In this document: positions 46,279 through 58,356 of the stretch, one piece after another
Numbering within the stretch: the stretch's first letter is position 1
How the letters are laid out: each line of letters starts with the position of its first letter
From: a virus
Lineage: Duplodnaviria; Heunggongvirae; Uroviricota; Caudoviricetes
Direction: 5' to 3' (one strand)
IMG/VR virus record: IMGVR_UViG_3300029861_000002
Length of the DNA: 64,000 bases
Position numbers and translations under genes: made by a program
Notes under the pieces: model-generated
What the model was told of the DNA's origin: nothing
Seen by the model: only the letters and a program-made list of their open reading frames with translations
Databases searched by the model: none

Positions 46279-47532
46279 TTAAATACTGCTCTTAGCAGTC
46301 TCACGAATTGCTTTTACCCAATCAGGAACATTATCTGTCTCTGGATGCTCCAAATTGAAAAGTCCTTTTGGGGTCTTATCATCCTCTTCATGTTTATCCT
46401 CAAGGTTAAAGTTTACCTTATTTCTAACACAAAGAATAGATAACTTAGCTTCAATATCATCTAAAGAATAAGTGTCAATATGCTCCACGACGTCTTTCTT
46501 ATCATCATCGCTAAGCATATAGAAACTATCAATCATTTGTTGCTTATTTTGACGTTCAGCTTTGAGCTTAAACTCTTTCAATTCAGCAACTTCGGTATCT
46601 AGAGTATTCTTCTCTTGCTCAAGAGCAGAATATTTACTCTCTAATTCATTAAATTTAGCAAGCAACTCTGTATATTCAGTTACATCTTCGAGATTATACT
46701 TGCCTTTCTTATCCTTATCCTCTTTTCCCTCTTTCTCAGGGGCAGGAGTTCCAGAAGAATTTTCTTTCTCCTTGTTTTTATCCTCTGGATTAGGATTATT
46801 TTTCTCGAATTCGGTAAGTGCTTTATTCTCATTATCCATAGGTTCTTGAGAGCCTCCTTTATTAAAAGTTTCTTTTAATTGATCCATCATAGAGTATACC
46901 ATAGTTTTAAGTTTCTAAAACTCTTGATTACCCTCTAAAGAAAATTGAGAACTAAATTGAGCTCCCTCGAAACAAGGCTCAACATTTTCTCCGAGAACAC
47001 ATAATTTCTCAATCAATGCTTCATTGTAGATAAAGATTCTTTCATTTGTTTTTTCATCTTTTGTCCAAAATCCTGACTGATTTTTTTCATTTAATTCCAT
47101 AGAATGGTTGTTTCCATTTTCTAAAATTCTCTTAGATTCTGGATAAACACCAGTCCAAATATATACATCAGTAACTAGATATTCTCTTTCTACACCTTCA
47201 TCATTGAACTTCTAAAACCATACATTAGCGTTATCTGGAACAAATCCATAAGGTCTTGTTACATCAACAATAGCAAACTTGCCGTCTTTAATATCAATCG
47301 CTCTATTGTGACCTTCAAAATCCTTTGTCTCTTGATTAAAATAGCCAACAATAGGACTTCCCGGCAATTTACGCCCCATCTCTACAGCTACTTCCTTAGT
47401 AATCACTGTATGATTGCGGTTTGGCTGTTGACCGACATAACAAACTTTACAAACGCCTTTGCTAACTAGAGGAGAAATCTAAGTGTTCTAAATATATTCC
47501 ATTGTGTTTAAAATAGGAACACTAATATGCAA
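46279..47532 (-). CDS. Prohead protease-scaffold fusion
   Basis: With TAG=Q: 417 aa; PNRN...PIVG...GH...SMEL...LCVLGENVEPCFEGA followed by an acidic coiled-coil scaffold. Confidence 0.75.
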
Positions 47533-47546
47533 GTTCAATCCCTCCT

Positions 47547-49175
47547 TTATGACGAACTTTCTTGATTAGCTATTGTCTTATCAGACTTTTCGCCATCTTC
47601 CTTCTTTGGCCTTCCGGCTCCATTATTGTTAGTTGAACTTGTCTATTTATTCTAAGAATTAGTATTAGATGACTAATTATTATTACCCAAATCTTTTCCG
47701 CTTCTGGTATTAGAACTCATAGGAGGAATCATAATCTCCGCCAAGTTCAATACTTCATTCTCAAACGTTAATGTAGCTAAAATGCTTGATTGAGAATGCC
47801 CTAAAGCGATTTGTGGCAACATCTTAGAATATCCTAACTGAGCGTGTTCTTTATACAACTTTGATAATTCTTTATAATTAAACTATGTTGTTTCTAACAT
47901 CTCAGCTCTAAATTCATAATGATTCTTGCGATTGAATTTTTCTACCACTCTATTTAGTAATTCTGTAAACATGAGAGGTATATCTCTAACGCTAGATTCA
48001 TCAGTCAATATAGAATTTGTTACAGCAATATTTCCATCGGCATTAAACAAATTATGAGTTACACCTGAATTGTTGTAAACTGTACGTTCAACCTTTTCCA
48101 AATCGTCGGTTGTTGTATTGGAGTTATTGTCTTTTGTATCAATTTTTTCAATATCCGCAAAAGTTGTCAATACATCTACTCCAATAGCTCTTTTAAGCAT
48201 TGCAACTGCGTTATTATGAATATCTCTGGCTTCATCAACGTCAAAAATTAAATCACCATTCTTATCAAGAGGCAACTTCTAAATGATGATTTTCAATAGT
48301 TGCTACATTGTTTTTTGACGATCCAATTCTTGCGCCTAATCCAAATCAATAATAGAAGGAATAACTCCCGCAAGAAAGGGAAATTCATTATCGTTTAAGC
48401 TAAACTTAACTGAAACACTAGGATCTAGAGGATACCAAACAGTTGTACTCCCCGGGTAATCTCCCTTTAATTTCCCCTACTTATAAAGAATATAAGCCTT
48501 CTATATATCTTGAGGAAAAATCTTTAATATCTGAACCTTATACTGTGGGTTTGGGAAATAAACATCAAAAAACTCAAGATTTAATTCAACAATAGGATTA
48601 GGGCCTTGGAAATATCTATTGCGACAATATGAAGCAGGTAGCTTCTAAATGGCAAACCTATCTCCGAAGTCAACAATTATACCATAATATGCCCCTTCTT
48701 TGATGATATCTAATGATATATTACCAAACATTCTCTTTATATTAGATTTATCAAGATAAAGCAATACTTTAGAAAAGTCTTTTAATAACTTCTCCTTATC
48801 TTTCTGCGCGCTTACGGTATATGGGGTTATATACCAATCAAATCTGTATAAGAAAGCTAGGTATTTACATAATCTGTAATATATACCGCTACTTTCATAG
48901 AAATAATTAGAGATTTCTCTTAGAGTTCTATAATCATGCTTATAAATAGCATTTAATACGAACTTCTTATCTCCATAATTTCTATTTATTTTCTTATATG
49001 TACCTAGATTAATAAGCGCATCATCTACCGAGCGAAGCCCCACCCGCATCTTAGCATAATCAATGCTCTTATAATCTAAGTCATCTTCTTCCTCTTGCTG
49101 CTAATAGCGAGTAACGTCTTGATTTAATAAATCAAAACCTTTGGCTCTAATACTTTCTTGTCTACTCTTTAACAA
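47547..49175 (-). CDS. Portal protein
   Basis: With TAG=Q: 542 aa between terminase and protease; C-terminal GRP.K motif; three track ORFs in frame. Confidence 0.75.
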
Positions 49176-49192
49176 AATATCACCTCCCGGAT

Positions 49193-49555
49193 TCAGTATC
49201 CAGCCTTGCTCATTAAGTAATCATAAGAGATGATATTTTCCTCGGTATAGGGAACTTCTATAAGCGTAATTCCTTTTAAGGCACAAAATCTACGCTTTTG
49301 ATTATCATTATATTTCTATTGATATAACCCTCTATTTCCACCAAATTTACTTACAGCCTAATAGTGCTATTTTCCTTGATATTCAATTAAAAAATCAAGA
49401 TTTCCATCATCATCAAAAACAGCAAAATCAAAACGAAGTGGTCTACCGCTTGGCGCTTTTAACCCAGGAAATTCATACTCTTCTTTAAAGTTTATGCCAT
49501 TTTGCTCTAGTATTTCATGAATTTTAATTTCTCCACGACTAGCTTTCATACTCAC
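49193..49555 (-). CDS. PD-(D/E)XK endonuclease (DUF559/Vsr-like)
   Basis: LRFDFAV...LIEYQGK(TAG=Q)HY...D..KR.FC...LIEVPY. Confidence 0.8.
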
Positions 49556-51297
49556 ACCTCGCTCATAAACATAAAGTCTGAAAATCTTCTACTTTTACGC
49601 TTGCGTTTACTATCTTCTTCCTATTTAATATAATACAGCCCATATTCAAGCGCAGAGAATTTATCTTTAGGCACGGATTTATTTGCTTGTTTCAAAATAA
49701 TATTCACGCCTTCATTTTCTTCTCGCAAATTCAGCATTTCTTCTCTTAATATAGAAGTTAAAGTGAACGGTTTTAAATATTCTGCCCGTTCTTCTGGTTT
49801 CATAGCCTAACCTTTTTTAGTACCAAGCAATTTATTTCTTGCAACTTTTTCATCAATCAAAAATCTAAGTTTTCCCGCTCTTAATTGTGTCTAAACATTA
49901 CTATGCGCCTCGGTATTAATAGGAGCGTTAGCCTTAATTTCATAGATGGCATCATATTCTGTGTTTTCTGTCCTAAACCGCTTATACTCACCATCTTCAT
50001 CATTAGCTACACCAAAGTCAGGAAAAACTTCATTGGTATCAGGTACTATCTAAGGTTTAACCATATAATCCATCAATCCGGCGCCAAGGCCATTACCGTC
50101 GATTACAATAATCTTAGCCTTATAATTATAATATAATCTCTTTAACTTAATTGCCTAATCTTCAAAATGTTCATCGTCCATAGTATATATATTTACCAAA
50201 GACTTTATAGCAGGTCCTTGTGACTAAGGAGTTACCTTAAAGACACAAACAACAGATTGACATTTCTTTCTACCTACATCAACAGAAAGAACATAATAAG
50301 CCTGTGCAGAAGATCTTCCAGACGATTCATATTCAGGCTAAAGGAGTTTTCTACTTCTATCAAAAGCATCTCCATTAAAGAAAGCATCTTCAACAGTTCC
50401 ACTCCACTTAGATTCATACTCTCTATCGAATGAAGCTTCATTAAAAGTACCGTCCTATTTTAGTTCCTATACGAAATTGCGGGATTGCAATCCTACTAAC
50501 ACAGGAATTCTCCATGTTCCGCCCATAACAATACTCTTTTCTGGTTCTAATATCATGCGCACAAGGAGAGTAATAAGTTTATTATAAGGGAATGTATTCT
50601 TCCATCCCGCAGTAGTAACATAAATCTAGGATTTATTAAGTGTTTCTTCTTCATGAACAGAGCCATCTAAACATCTTCTATCAACGTTCATCAAAGGAAT
50701 TAAAACTTCGTTTAGAATATCTCCATCTACGCCGACACACTCCTCAATAAGTCCTCCATGTCTACGTTTACCACGAGAGGATTCTCTAGCTGCTACGTTA
50801 TCAAAGTAGGAACCGTTTTTGAAGATATATTTACAATAATCTTTTCCTTCCTGCGTCTTGCCTCGTCTCCAATCAATTTCTCTTTGGAGTGCAGGGATTG
50901 CATTACATATTTCCTAGACTTTTTCTTTAGCAATTCCCGCAGCTTGTTCTTTTCCCCCAGAAGTAATGAATAACTTACATCCAGGATATAAAATACATCT
51001 ACACATAAGCACCATTACAGAAAGAAATGATTTAGAATAAGCACGGGGGAATACCATGTATACATACTTATATCGCATGGCGGCCCGCAAGAAAACTCTC
51101 TAGTAAAAATAAAAGTTAATTTCTTTTTTCCTAGTTTCATCTCCACCAGTCTACAAGAAATCAATAAACATATCTGGATACTCTCTCCAAAATGCTACAT
51201 ACTATCTTGCAACTGGAATTATAGCTCGAACTCTTTCTTCTGAGAGTCCAATTTTTTTATTATTGTTCGAGAGGTTTAATAAATCTTTTAGCGCCAT
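49552..51297 (-). CDS. Terminase large subunit
   Basis: With TAG=Q: 581 aa; FPRAYSKS (Walker A-like), LIEE, YVLSVDVGR, KDKFSA nuclease motifs. Confidence 0.88.
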
Positions 51298-51299
51298 TA

Positions 51300-52472
51300 T
51301 TAAACCTCCTTTAGTATGCTATTTAACATTTCTTCATCTTTATCTCTTTCAGATTCTTTCATATCCTCATACTCTTGATAATCTTCTTCTGTCAGTTCTG
51401 GATGTTCATAATTAAATAAATCTTCATCCTCATCACTATCTTCAACATCAATATTGGCTTCGCGCTCTTTATCTTTCACGATTTCTCTCAAAGAAGCTTC
51501 AATCATATTACCAAGATTCATTTCTTCTGTAACTAGAGTATGCGTATATTGCTACAAATCCTAAAGAGTTCTATCTACTTTATCCTATGGCCCATCAGTA
51601 TAATATCTAGGAATAAACCCTTCTTTCTCGCATAATGCTACTAACTCACCAATAGAATCAACAAATTCGCCGGATTCTCCTTTATTCTAGGCGGCAGTGA
51701 ACTTTCCACTTTTCATTAAGCTATCATAGGCCTTCTACATTTTCTAAAAGCCATCAATATCTCCAGCATCAATTAACTAATTTGCTTTTAAACTAGTCTT
51801 GCATACCATAATAAGAGTATCTTTATGTCCAGCTCCCTAAATATCATATGAACTCATCATATCTTTATAGAGCTACTCCATTCTTACTCTTTCTTCCCAA
51901 GAATAGCCTCGACCCCATTTAAGACGAAGCATTAATTTATCTTCTTCTGTTAGCTAATCACTAAAGTCGTCTTCTTCCTCTTCTGGATCTTGATATTCTG
52001 GAGTTCCAACTGGAGCCTAAACATCTTCCAATTCTTTCGGTTTTGGTGGAGTTCTATCAATAGCTAATTGCTCTTGAATTTCATCCTCTGTAAATCCTTG
52101 AGCTTTCATATTAAGAACTTTTTTCTCGGTTGAATCCTTCTCTAGTGCCTCTGTATCTGCCCAAGTATACTTATTCCATTGTTTTAATTTCATTTTGGAT
52201 AAATAGCGTCCAATAATGGTTAATCCAGTAACCTTCTTTGGATCTTTTCCATACCTCTCCAATAAGCCATTCCACTCTTCTTTGATATATGGAACATCAA
52301 TTTCCTATAAAATCCATTTATAAGTTTCTGGATCCCAATTATCTACGTGCATAGTAAGACACTTTTTACAAATATCCATCTTTCCATCTGGAGGATATTT
52401 TTCTATATTCTTTGATGTATAAAACTATGTATCATCCATAGTCTTACCACATTTTTTACAATAATGACTCAC
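51300..52472 (-). CDS. Zn-finger protein upstream of terminase (possible small terminase)
   Basis: With TAG=Q: 390 aa; N-terminal CKKC...CKKC; acidic tail. Confidence 0.6.
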
Positions 52473-52477
52473 TATAA

Positions 52478-53536
52478 TTAACCCCTTTTCTTATTACGAC
52501 AGTGTTTACAGATTGAATATAATCCATCTTTACTTGTCTTATTTTTTGAAAAAAATTGATTATGGGCTGGCTTTAATTGCCCACATTTAGAACATTTTTT
52601 CATTGGGTAATTTCTATTTTTATACTACCAATATAAAAAATCCTCTAAAGCAGCTTCGGCAATTAATTTAGGAATTTTATTTCTCCATAAACTAGAGATA
52701 TATTCCACGCTATATGTTTTTCCAAACTCTTCACTCAATATTTCCTATATCTCATTATTCTGCTTTTTATCAATTTTTAACTCAACAATTCGTAAATAGA
52801 TTGGAAAATCCTCAAGAGCTTTATCGCATATCTCTTCAAATGCTTGAATTAGATACCATGTATCTCCATCGAACTAATCATAACTATCTTCTTTTAATTT
52901 TGAATAATTGCATAAAATAGCAGAAACTACATTTGGATTCATTAAGGAAATACCTTTAACGACTACTTCCTATCCATTAAGATAACTTTCATCATCAAGA
53001 GGTATATGTGTTCTCGTATTTCTTGTTAGCTTACAAGGAACTATAGGCTTTTGATATGCCTATTTAATAATATACTAATCTTTTCGCATTTCTATTAATG
53101 CTTTTTTCATCATATAGGCTTGTTTCGTTCCCGCGGCGCGTTTCAAGGCACCTTCCCAAGCATTAATGGTTTCTCTTAACTATTTTAAACATGGTATAGA
53201 ATCTAAATCTTTTTGTGTAATAGAAATCTTTGGCTAAAATATAACATTTTTATTATCTGACATTAAACCATAAATGCCATCCTCGCCATTTTCCATCTAT
53301 GAAGCGAGTCCCTCAAAAGAACATTCTCGTTTATTGACGGTAGCCATTCGGTTATCAGTCAATATATTCTTCTCTTTCTTCTCTTGTTTCTCCATACATA
53401 GAACTAAATAATCTGCTAATACTTCTAAATAACCTGGAGTTAAATCAGGATTTTCTGCGATTATTTTTTCGACAAGCGCCTTGCGCTCTTCGGGAGATTC
53501 AATCGTATAGTCTAATTTTATCATATACTGGTTCAT
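52478..53536 (-). CDS. Putative DNA-binding regulator (HTH-like segment plus C-terminal Zn ribbon)
   Basis: With TAG=Q: 352 aa; QNNEIQEILSEEFGKTYSVEYISSLW; CSKC...CKHC. Confidence 0.6.
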
Positions 53537-53552
53537 CTCCTTTTTATACTCA

Positions 53553-53618
53553 TATAATAACAAAAAAAAACTAGATTGTCAAATCTTATTTGACCAATAC
53601 TTTTTAAAATGGTATAAT
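53553..53618. promoter_or_regulatory. Divergent SigA promoters
   Basis: Minus strand: TTGACA(53582-53577)...TATTAT. Plus strand: TTGACC(53590)-17 bp-TATAAT(53613) with extended TG. Confidence 0.7.
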
Positions 53619-53651
53619 TTAAATATAATAAATAGGGAGGTTTTAAATAAA

Positions 53652-53990
53652 ATGTTTTTCGATACACCCTATTCTGAATTACCAAAACGAGCATAGTATT
53701 ACTTTAACATTTTAATTATAAGCATAGCGGTATAGCCAGAAATTCTAACAGACATACTTGAACATAAGAATACTGTTGAATTATGGGACATTCAAAATAT
53801 CAACAATGCAAGACCAACAGCTTTACATATTTATGCTTCATATAATTTAGATAGAGACTCTGATTACGAAATGTTTTGTATTCCGCATTAGGTTTTAGAA
53901 ATAACACCTAATAATAAAATATCATTCTATGATATGATTGATTATGATACTGATGACCCATGGAGGCTAGAGCCAGATGCAATAGATTAA
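53652..53990 (+). CDS. Hypothetical protein
   Basis: With TAG=Q: 112 aa after GGGAGG RBS. Confidence 0.55.
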
Positions 53991-54777
53991 CATAAAAGAA
54001 TATTTTAAACAATAGAAAGATGAATTGCGGCAGTCCGATATCAAGCCATCATTGACCATAATTGATGCAACTAATGGGGATGCTGGAAATCAGATTTATA
54101 TATAGAAAAAAGTAGATGACTTTAATGAATTAGGATGGCCAGTAAGTGTGATCAAAATTCCAGAACGCTGGAATTCCGCGAATTCCGCGGATTTAAGTAA
54201 TTGTATAAATAATATAAATACTGATTGTATTATAGCACAAATGCCGCTAAGAAACTCATTGAGTTCTTTCTCTATTGATGTAATTCCTACAATAAAAGAT
54301 TGTGACGGTTTGACTTCTTCTACTCTTGTTTTACCGGCAACGGTAAGAGGAATAGTAGATTATCTTGATGATTGCGGTTTTAAATATGAAGGTAAAAATG
54401 CTTTAATATTAGGTAGAAGCAATATAGTTGGTAAGCCAATGGCGAAAGAGTTATTGGCAAGAAATATGACTGTATCTATCTGTCATAGTAAAACAGATAT
54501 AAATGCAAAACTTTATTTAGCAAGAATAGCAGATTTAGTGGTATCCGCAGTTGGAGATTTTACTTTGACAAGAGAGGCCTGCCCTCACGCTATTGTTGTT
54601 GATGTCGGCATTCGTAAAAATTAGGCGAATTTTATTCAAGGTGATTTTGTTGAACTTGAAGATATTGCAAAGAGAAATGAAGTGTGGTCAACTCCTGTAC
54701 CTGGAGGAGTGGGATTATTGACTAGATTGGGGTTGATGAAAAATTGCTTATAGTTAGCGAAACAGGCGCGAAGATAA
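53977..54777 (+). CDS. folD: Methylenetetrahydrofolate dehydrogenase/cyclohydrolase-like protein
   Basis: With TAG=Q: QMPL, KDCDG, GRSNIVGKP, VDVGI, TPVPGGVG. Confidence 0.88.
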
Positions 54778-55136
54778 TGAAATTCTCAGAAGATTTTGAT
54801 AATTATGCTAGAGAGGTTCTTCATATCAAAAATCCTTTTCGAGAATTTTATCATACACAAGATTCAACATTTAAGACTAATATTGATGGTAGTATAACAA
54901 TAGATATGGAGAAATCCAGAGAAACATACAGAGAAACAAAAACAAATAGAGAAGAATGGGTAAAGTTGAGGAATAGATATATTGCAGAAAGAATATTGCG
55001 AGAACTAGGGTATGAAGTTCTATTAACTTCGTCTTATTTTGAGGATTATCCTGATGCAATTCCCTGTGATGGAGCTACAGGGCAGTGTTTGCTAGATTGT
55101 AGAATAAAGGGGTGTAAATATGAACCCATGCATTGA
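54777..55136 (+). CDS. Hypothetical protein
   Basis: ATG coupled to the folD stop (TAATG). Confidence 0.6.
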   Translation: MKFSEDFDNYAREVLHIKNPFREFYHTQDSTFKTNIDGSITIDMEKSRETYRETKTNREEWVKLRNRYIAERILRELGYEVLLTSSYFEDYPDAIPCDGATGQCLLDCRIKGCKYEPMH

Positions 55137-55281
55137 TTATTGTTACCTTAGATTGCATCAACAGTATGATTCGACTAGATGCGATGATTCATGTGAATAT
55201 GCAAAAGTGGTAAAAGAAAACAAAGAATTAAAGTAGAAGATCGAGGAATTAAAAACTCAACACACTTTATTTGAAAAATAA
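55120..55281 (+). CDS. Small Cys-rich protein
   Basis: 53 aa with one TAG=Q. Confidence 0.45.
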
Positions 55282-55335
55282 AATAAGACAATTATTTAAT
55301 TTTGCCCAACGGCATTTTTATAAAAGGAGGCCGCG

Positions 55336-56100
55336 ATGACAAAACAAGAGCGCGCAATCAAGGCACGAGCGCATTATGAAGATATTAAAACTAGACTTGC
55401 CGCAAACACTAAATTATCTATCGAGCGCACATATGTATATAGTCCAGATTCTTTTACACAGCATGAATCCGGCAATCAGAAACCAGCTTTTACTCTAACA
55501 GATATGGATAGCGTATCTTGTCTATTCAACTTATCTGACAATGGTAGAACAGCAATTCTTAACTATGCCAGTTATAAAAGTCCTGGTGGTTTCTTCCTAG
55601 AAGGTAGTCCTGCGCAAGAAGAGGCTCTGTGTCATGAATCCAATCTTTACCCTATTCTTCTTGCTTTTGATGGGACGTATTACGCATGGAATCGGCAGAG
55701 GTTAAATAAGGCTTTATACTTGAATAGAGCGCTGTATTCTCCTAGTGTAGTATTCGAGCGGAATAACAAACAAAAGGAAGCAGATGTTATAACTTGCGCG
55801 GCCCCGAATTTCCGAACGGCGCATAGATACCAGAGTGTGAGTAAAAGCGAGAATGATAGAGTTCTTGAAAATCGAATTCACTTTATGTATCAGATTGCTG
55901 AGGAAAACGGTGTGGAAAATCTAGTCGCGGGAGCCTGGGGTTGTGGAGTTTTTATGCAAGATCCGTATACGGTCGCAACCTTGCTCATAGGCGCAGCCCG
56001 CAATTATAATATTCCAAATATTTATTTTGCAATTCCTGACCGCAACTCCCAGAATTTTAGGGCATTTTTGAAAGCAGGTAAAGAATGTATAAACAGTTAA
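55336..56100 (+). CDS. TIGR02452/DUF2263-type bacterial PARG-like macrodomain hydrolase
   Basis: LNYAS..SPGGFFLEGSPAQEEALC...ITCAAPN...GAWGCGVF signature. Confidence 0.88.
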   Translation: MTKQERAIKARAHYEDIKTRLAANTKLSIERTYVYSPDSFTQHESGNQKPAFTLTDMDSVSCLFNLSDNGRTAILNYASYKSPGGFFLEGSPAQEEALCHESNLYPILLAFDGTYYAWNRQRLNKALYLNRALYSPSVVFERNNKQKEADVITCAAPNFRTAHRYQSVSKSENDRVLENRIHFMYQIAEENGVENLVAGAWGCGVFMQDPYTVATLLIGAARNYNIPNIYFAIPDRNSQNFRAFLKAGKECINS

Positions 56101-56522
56101 TTATAGCTAGAAAAGATTTAAATATGTCTCCAGGTAAGCTGGCCGCACAAGTTTCCCATGCTTCTATTGCTTTTCTTTTAGAGAAAATACTTTGGGGAAG
56201 CAAAGAAGTAGTTAGGGAAAGAGATGGTATTATGTATCATGTGAATGTAAGTCTCGATACAGATTTATACCATAATTGGATAATAGAAGCAGAAACTAAA
56301 GTTGTTTGTCGAGCGAAAAATAAGAATGATTTATTGCGGGCGGTCGAAGCAGCTAAAGAGCTCGGTATGGAGGAGTATAAAGATTACTTTTTGATTTACG
56401 ATGCTTGCAGGACAGAGCTGGAAAAAGAGAGTCCTGAAGGGACTCTCACTTGTATTGGATTTAGGCCAATGGAAGCTGAGGAGATTGATAAGATTGGCAG
56501 AAAATATCAATTATACCATTAA
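56085..56522 (+). CDS. Peptidyl-tRNA hydrolase, Pth2 family
   Basis: RKDLNMSPGKLAAQVSHA...KVV...DACRTEL...TCIGFRP. Confidence 0.88.
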   Translation: MYKQLIIARKDLNMSPGKLAAQVSHASIAFLLEKILWGSKEVVRERDGIMYHVNVSLDTDLYHNWIIEAETKVVCRAKNKNDLLRAVEAAKELGMEEYKDYFLIYDACRTELEKESPEGTLTCIGFRPMEAEEIDKIGRKYQLYH

Positions 56523-56703
56523 GGGATAGAATGGAAAATGGCTTATTATAAAATTTAAGGGGAATGGAGCCTTATATTCTTTGTGTTTAAATTGCGGATT
56601 CACTCATTCGTGTTATAAGGAAGATGGCGATTTATTAGTTACCTATGATGAAGCAGGAGAATATAATTTTTGCCCTAGTTGTGGAAAAAAGATGAAAGGT
56701 TAA
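56494..56703 (+). CDS. Small Zn-ribbon protein
   Basis: TTG start, one TAG=Q; CLNC...FCPSCGKKM. Confidence 0.55.
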
Positions 56704-56940
56704 ATTTAGCCTTTCATCTTTTTTCCGTTATTGAGATTGAAAGTACGATTTGGATTTTGAAATGGCGTGGCAGAACGAATTTGCGAAAAAATTTCCAGTT
56801 TTTCCCAAAATACACCCTCCCCTTTCACATGGTAAAGTGCTGAAGTGTAGTCAGCCTCTTTCACTCATTAAAGCATGAAAGTAAAAAGCCACGCCCTAAA
56901 GGAACACGCGCACGCACGTAAAGACAAGACTTGTGCAAAC

Positions 56941-57003
56941 TGCACAACAGGACAATGCGGATCTTGTGCAAAAAAACTGTTGACAAATGGGGTCAATGGG
57001 TGT
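56941..57003 (+). promoter_or_regulatory. Operator-like inverted repeat plus SigA -35 element
   Basis: TGCACAA-N16-TTGTGCA followed by TTGACA at about 56980. Confidence 0.6.
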
Positions 57004-57158
57004 AAACTGGACTTGTCCAGTTAGGACAAGGGCAAAACCCCTGAACCTTGAAAATTAAAAATTTTTCAAAAAAAAGTATTGACAAGTCTTAAAAGACTTG
57101 ATACAATACAGGCAGAACACAAGAGAACCACACCACAAAAAGAAAGGGAGTAAAAAAG

Positions 57159-57536
57159 ATGAAAAAGATTGATTTTACTAATGATGATAGGAAGGTCATC
57201 ATGGAGTACCTAGCCGCTAAGCAAGCAGTAGCGGCGGCAGAGGTTGCAGAGAAAGCGGCCAAGGCCAAAGCGAAAGAGCTTTTCACCCGTTTGGGGAAAG
57301 AGTTCAAGACCACGGATAAGACCTCTTATCTGTACGGCACAGTCCAGATAAAGGGCGCCGCTCATGCGGTGGTCTATAAAGAGACTACCGCTAAAGGAGC
57401 GATAGACTGGAAAGCCTACGCTTTAGCTAAAGGCGGCACAGAGGCAGAGGCGGAGCAATACCGCAAGCGTCCGACGGTCAGAACCTCTCTTGATTGGGCA
57501 ACGAAAGACCAGCAAAAAGAACTCAATCAGCAGTAG
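57159..57536 (+). CDS. Early hypothetical protein (appears to end at a true TAG stop)
   Basis: SigA promoter at 57079 (TTGACA...TACAAT); a hairpin follows the TAG directly. Confidence 0.7.
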   Translation: MKKIDFTNDDRKVIMEYLAAKQAVAAAEVAEKAAKAKAKELFTRLGKEFKTTDKTSYLYGTVQIKGAAHAVVYKETTAKGAIDWKAYALAKGGTEAEAEQYRKRPTVRTSLDWATKDQQKELNQQ

Positions 57537-57607
57537 TTTATAAACCCTGCCTTGCAAAACCCAAGGCAAGGCAGGGTTATAATAATCAAAAGAAAGAAGG
57601 CTGTATT

Positions 57608-57757
57608 ATGAGGTATCAGTTGCAGGTTTTAGTGGGTGACAAAATGCGATACTATGAGCCGTCTACTTTTGCACACGCAAGATGGAGAGTAGACCATGAG
57701 CTTGTCAATCCTGACTATTGGATTGTAGACCTGTCTACCGGCGAAGCTATCAAGTAA
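57608..57757 (+). CDS. Early hypothetical protein
   Basis: MRYQLQVL... short ORF with RBS. Confidence 0.55.
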   Translation: MRYQLQVLVGDKMRYYEPSTFAHARWRVDHELVNPDYWIVDLSTGEAIK

Positions 57758-57812
57758 CCATATACCACAAGAAGCTGACCTAACGGCTATACGGGGAGAA
57801 AGGATAAAAGAT

Positions 57813-58199
57813 ATGTCTAACTTCATCAAGTATTACACCAATCCCACCTTTAATAAGCCTGAGTTCGTGCGTGTTCTCCGTTACTCCATGAATGTGAAGG
57901 CGGCCGCTGTGGATGATGGTATCATCCTTGACTTAGACGCTTTTAATGCTATCTCTAAGGCCGTCATGCCACATTGGGCCTTTATCAATGCACGGTATAT
58001 CAACAGCAAGCTTCACACTCGTCCTGCCTCTCTTGACGAGTATAAGGCCGCTCTGGATAAGGACACCACAGAACAGCTTTATATCATTCGGGATAACTAT
58101 TATAATGAGTATGACAGGGTAACTGCCAAAGAATGGGATAGGCTTAATGCCGAAATCCCTGGACGGTATGACCTTCTGGGGAAGGAGCCTGCGGTATGA
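57813..58199 (+). CDS. Early hypothetical protein
   Basis: Intact ORF with RBS. Confidence 0.65.
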   Translation: MSNFIKYYTNPTFNKPEFVRVLRYSMNVKAAAVDDGIILDLDAFNAISKAVMPHWAFINARYINSKLHTRPASLDEYKAALDKDTTEQLYIIRDNYYNEYDRVTAKEWDRLNAEIPGRYDLLGKEPAV

Positions 58200-58339
58200 G
58201 AGTGCTACGGTATATAGGAGGCGGCCTTTGCGCCGCTCTCCTTCTCTGGATTGCTTTGAGCTGGGCTGACATAGTAGTAGATAACAGCTATCCAAATCCA
58301 CAGCATAGTGAGTATAACTTCTTTACTGTGATGTTTTAA
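58196..58339 (+). CDS. Small membrane protein
   Basis: ATGA overlap; hydrophobic N-terminus. Confidence 0.5.
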   Translation: MRVLRYIGGGLCAALLLWIALSWADIVVDNSYPNPQHSEYNFFTVMF

Positions 58340-58356
58340 TATTCTATCCGGTAATC

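Noticed and set aside
15132..53536. Massive pseudogenisation (degraded prophage) suggested by fragmented ORFs
   Set aside because: The breaks examined are in-frame TAGs with frames preserved, several at conserved Gln positions. Recoding explains them.
53556..53595. Ninth copy of the late-promoter motif (minus strand GGTCAA-N25-TTTG...)
   Set aside because: The second box does not fit, and the hexamer is the complement of a plus-strand TTGACC -35 element.
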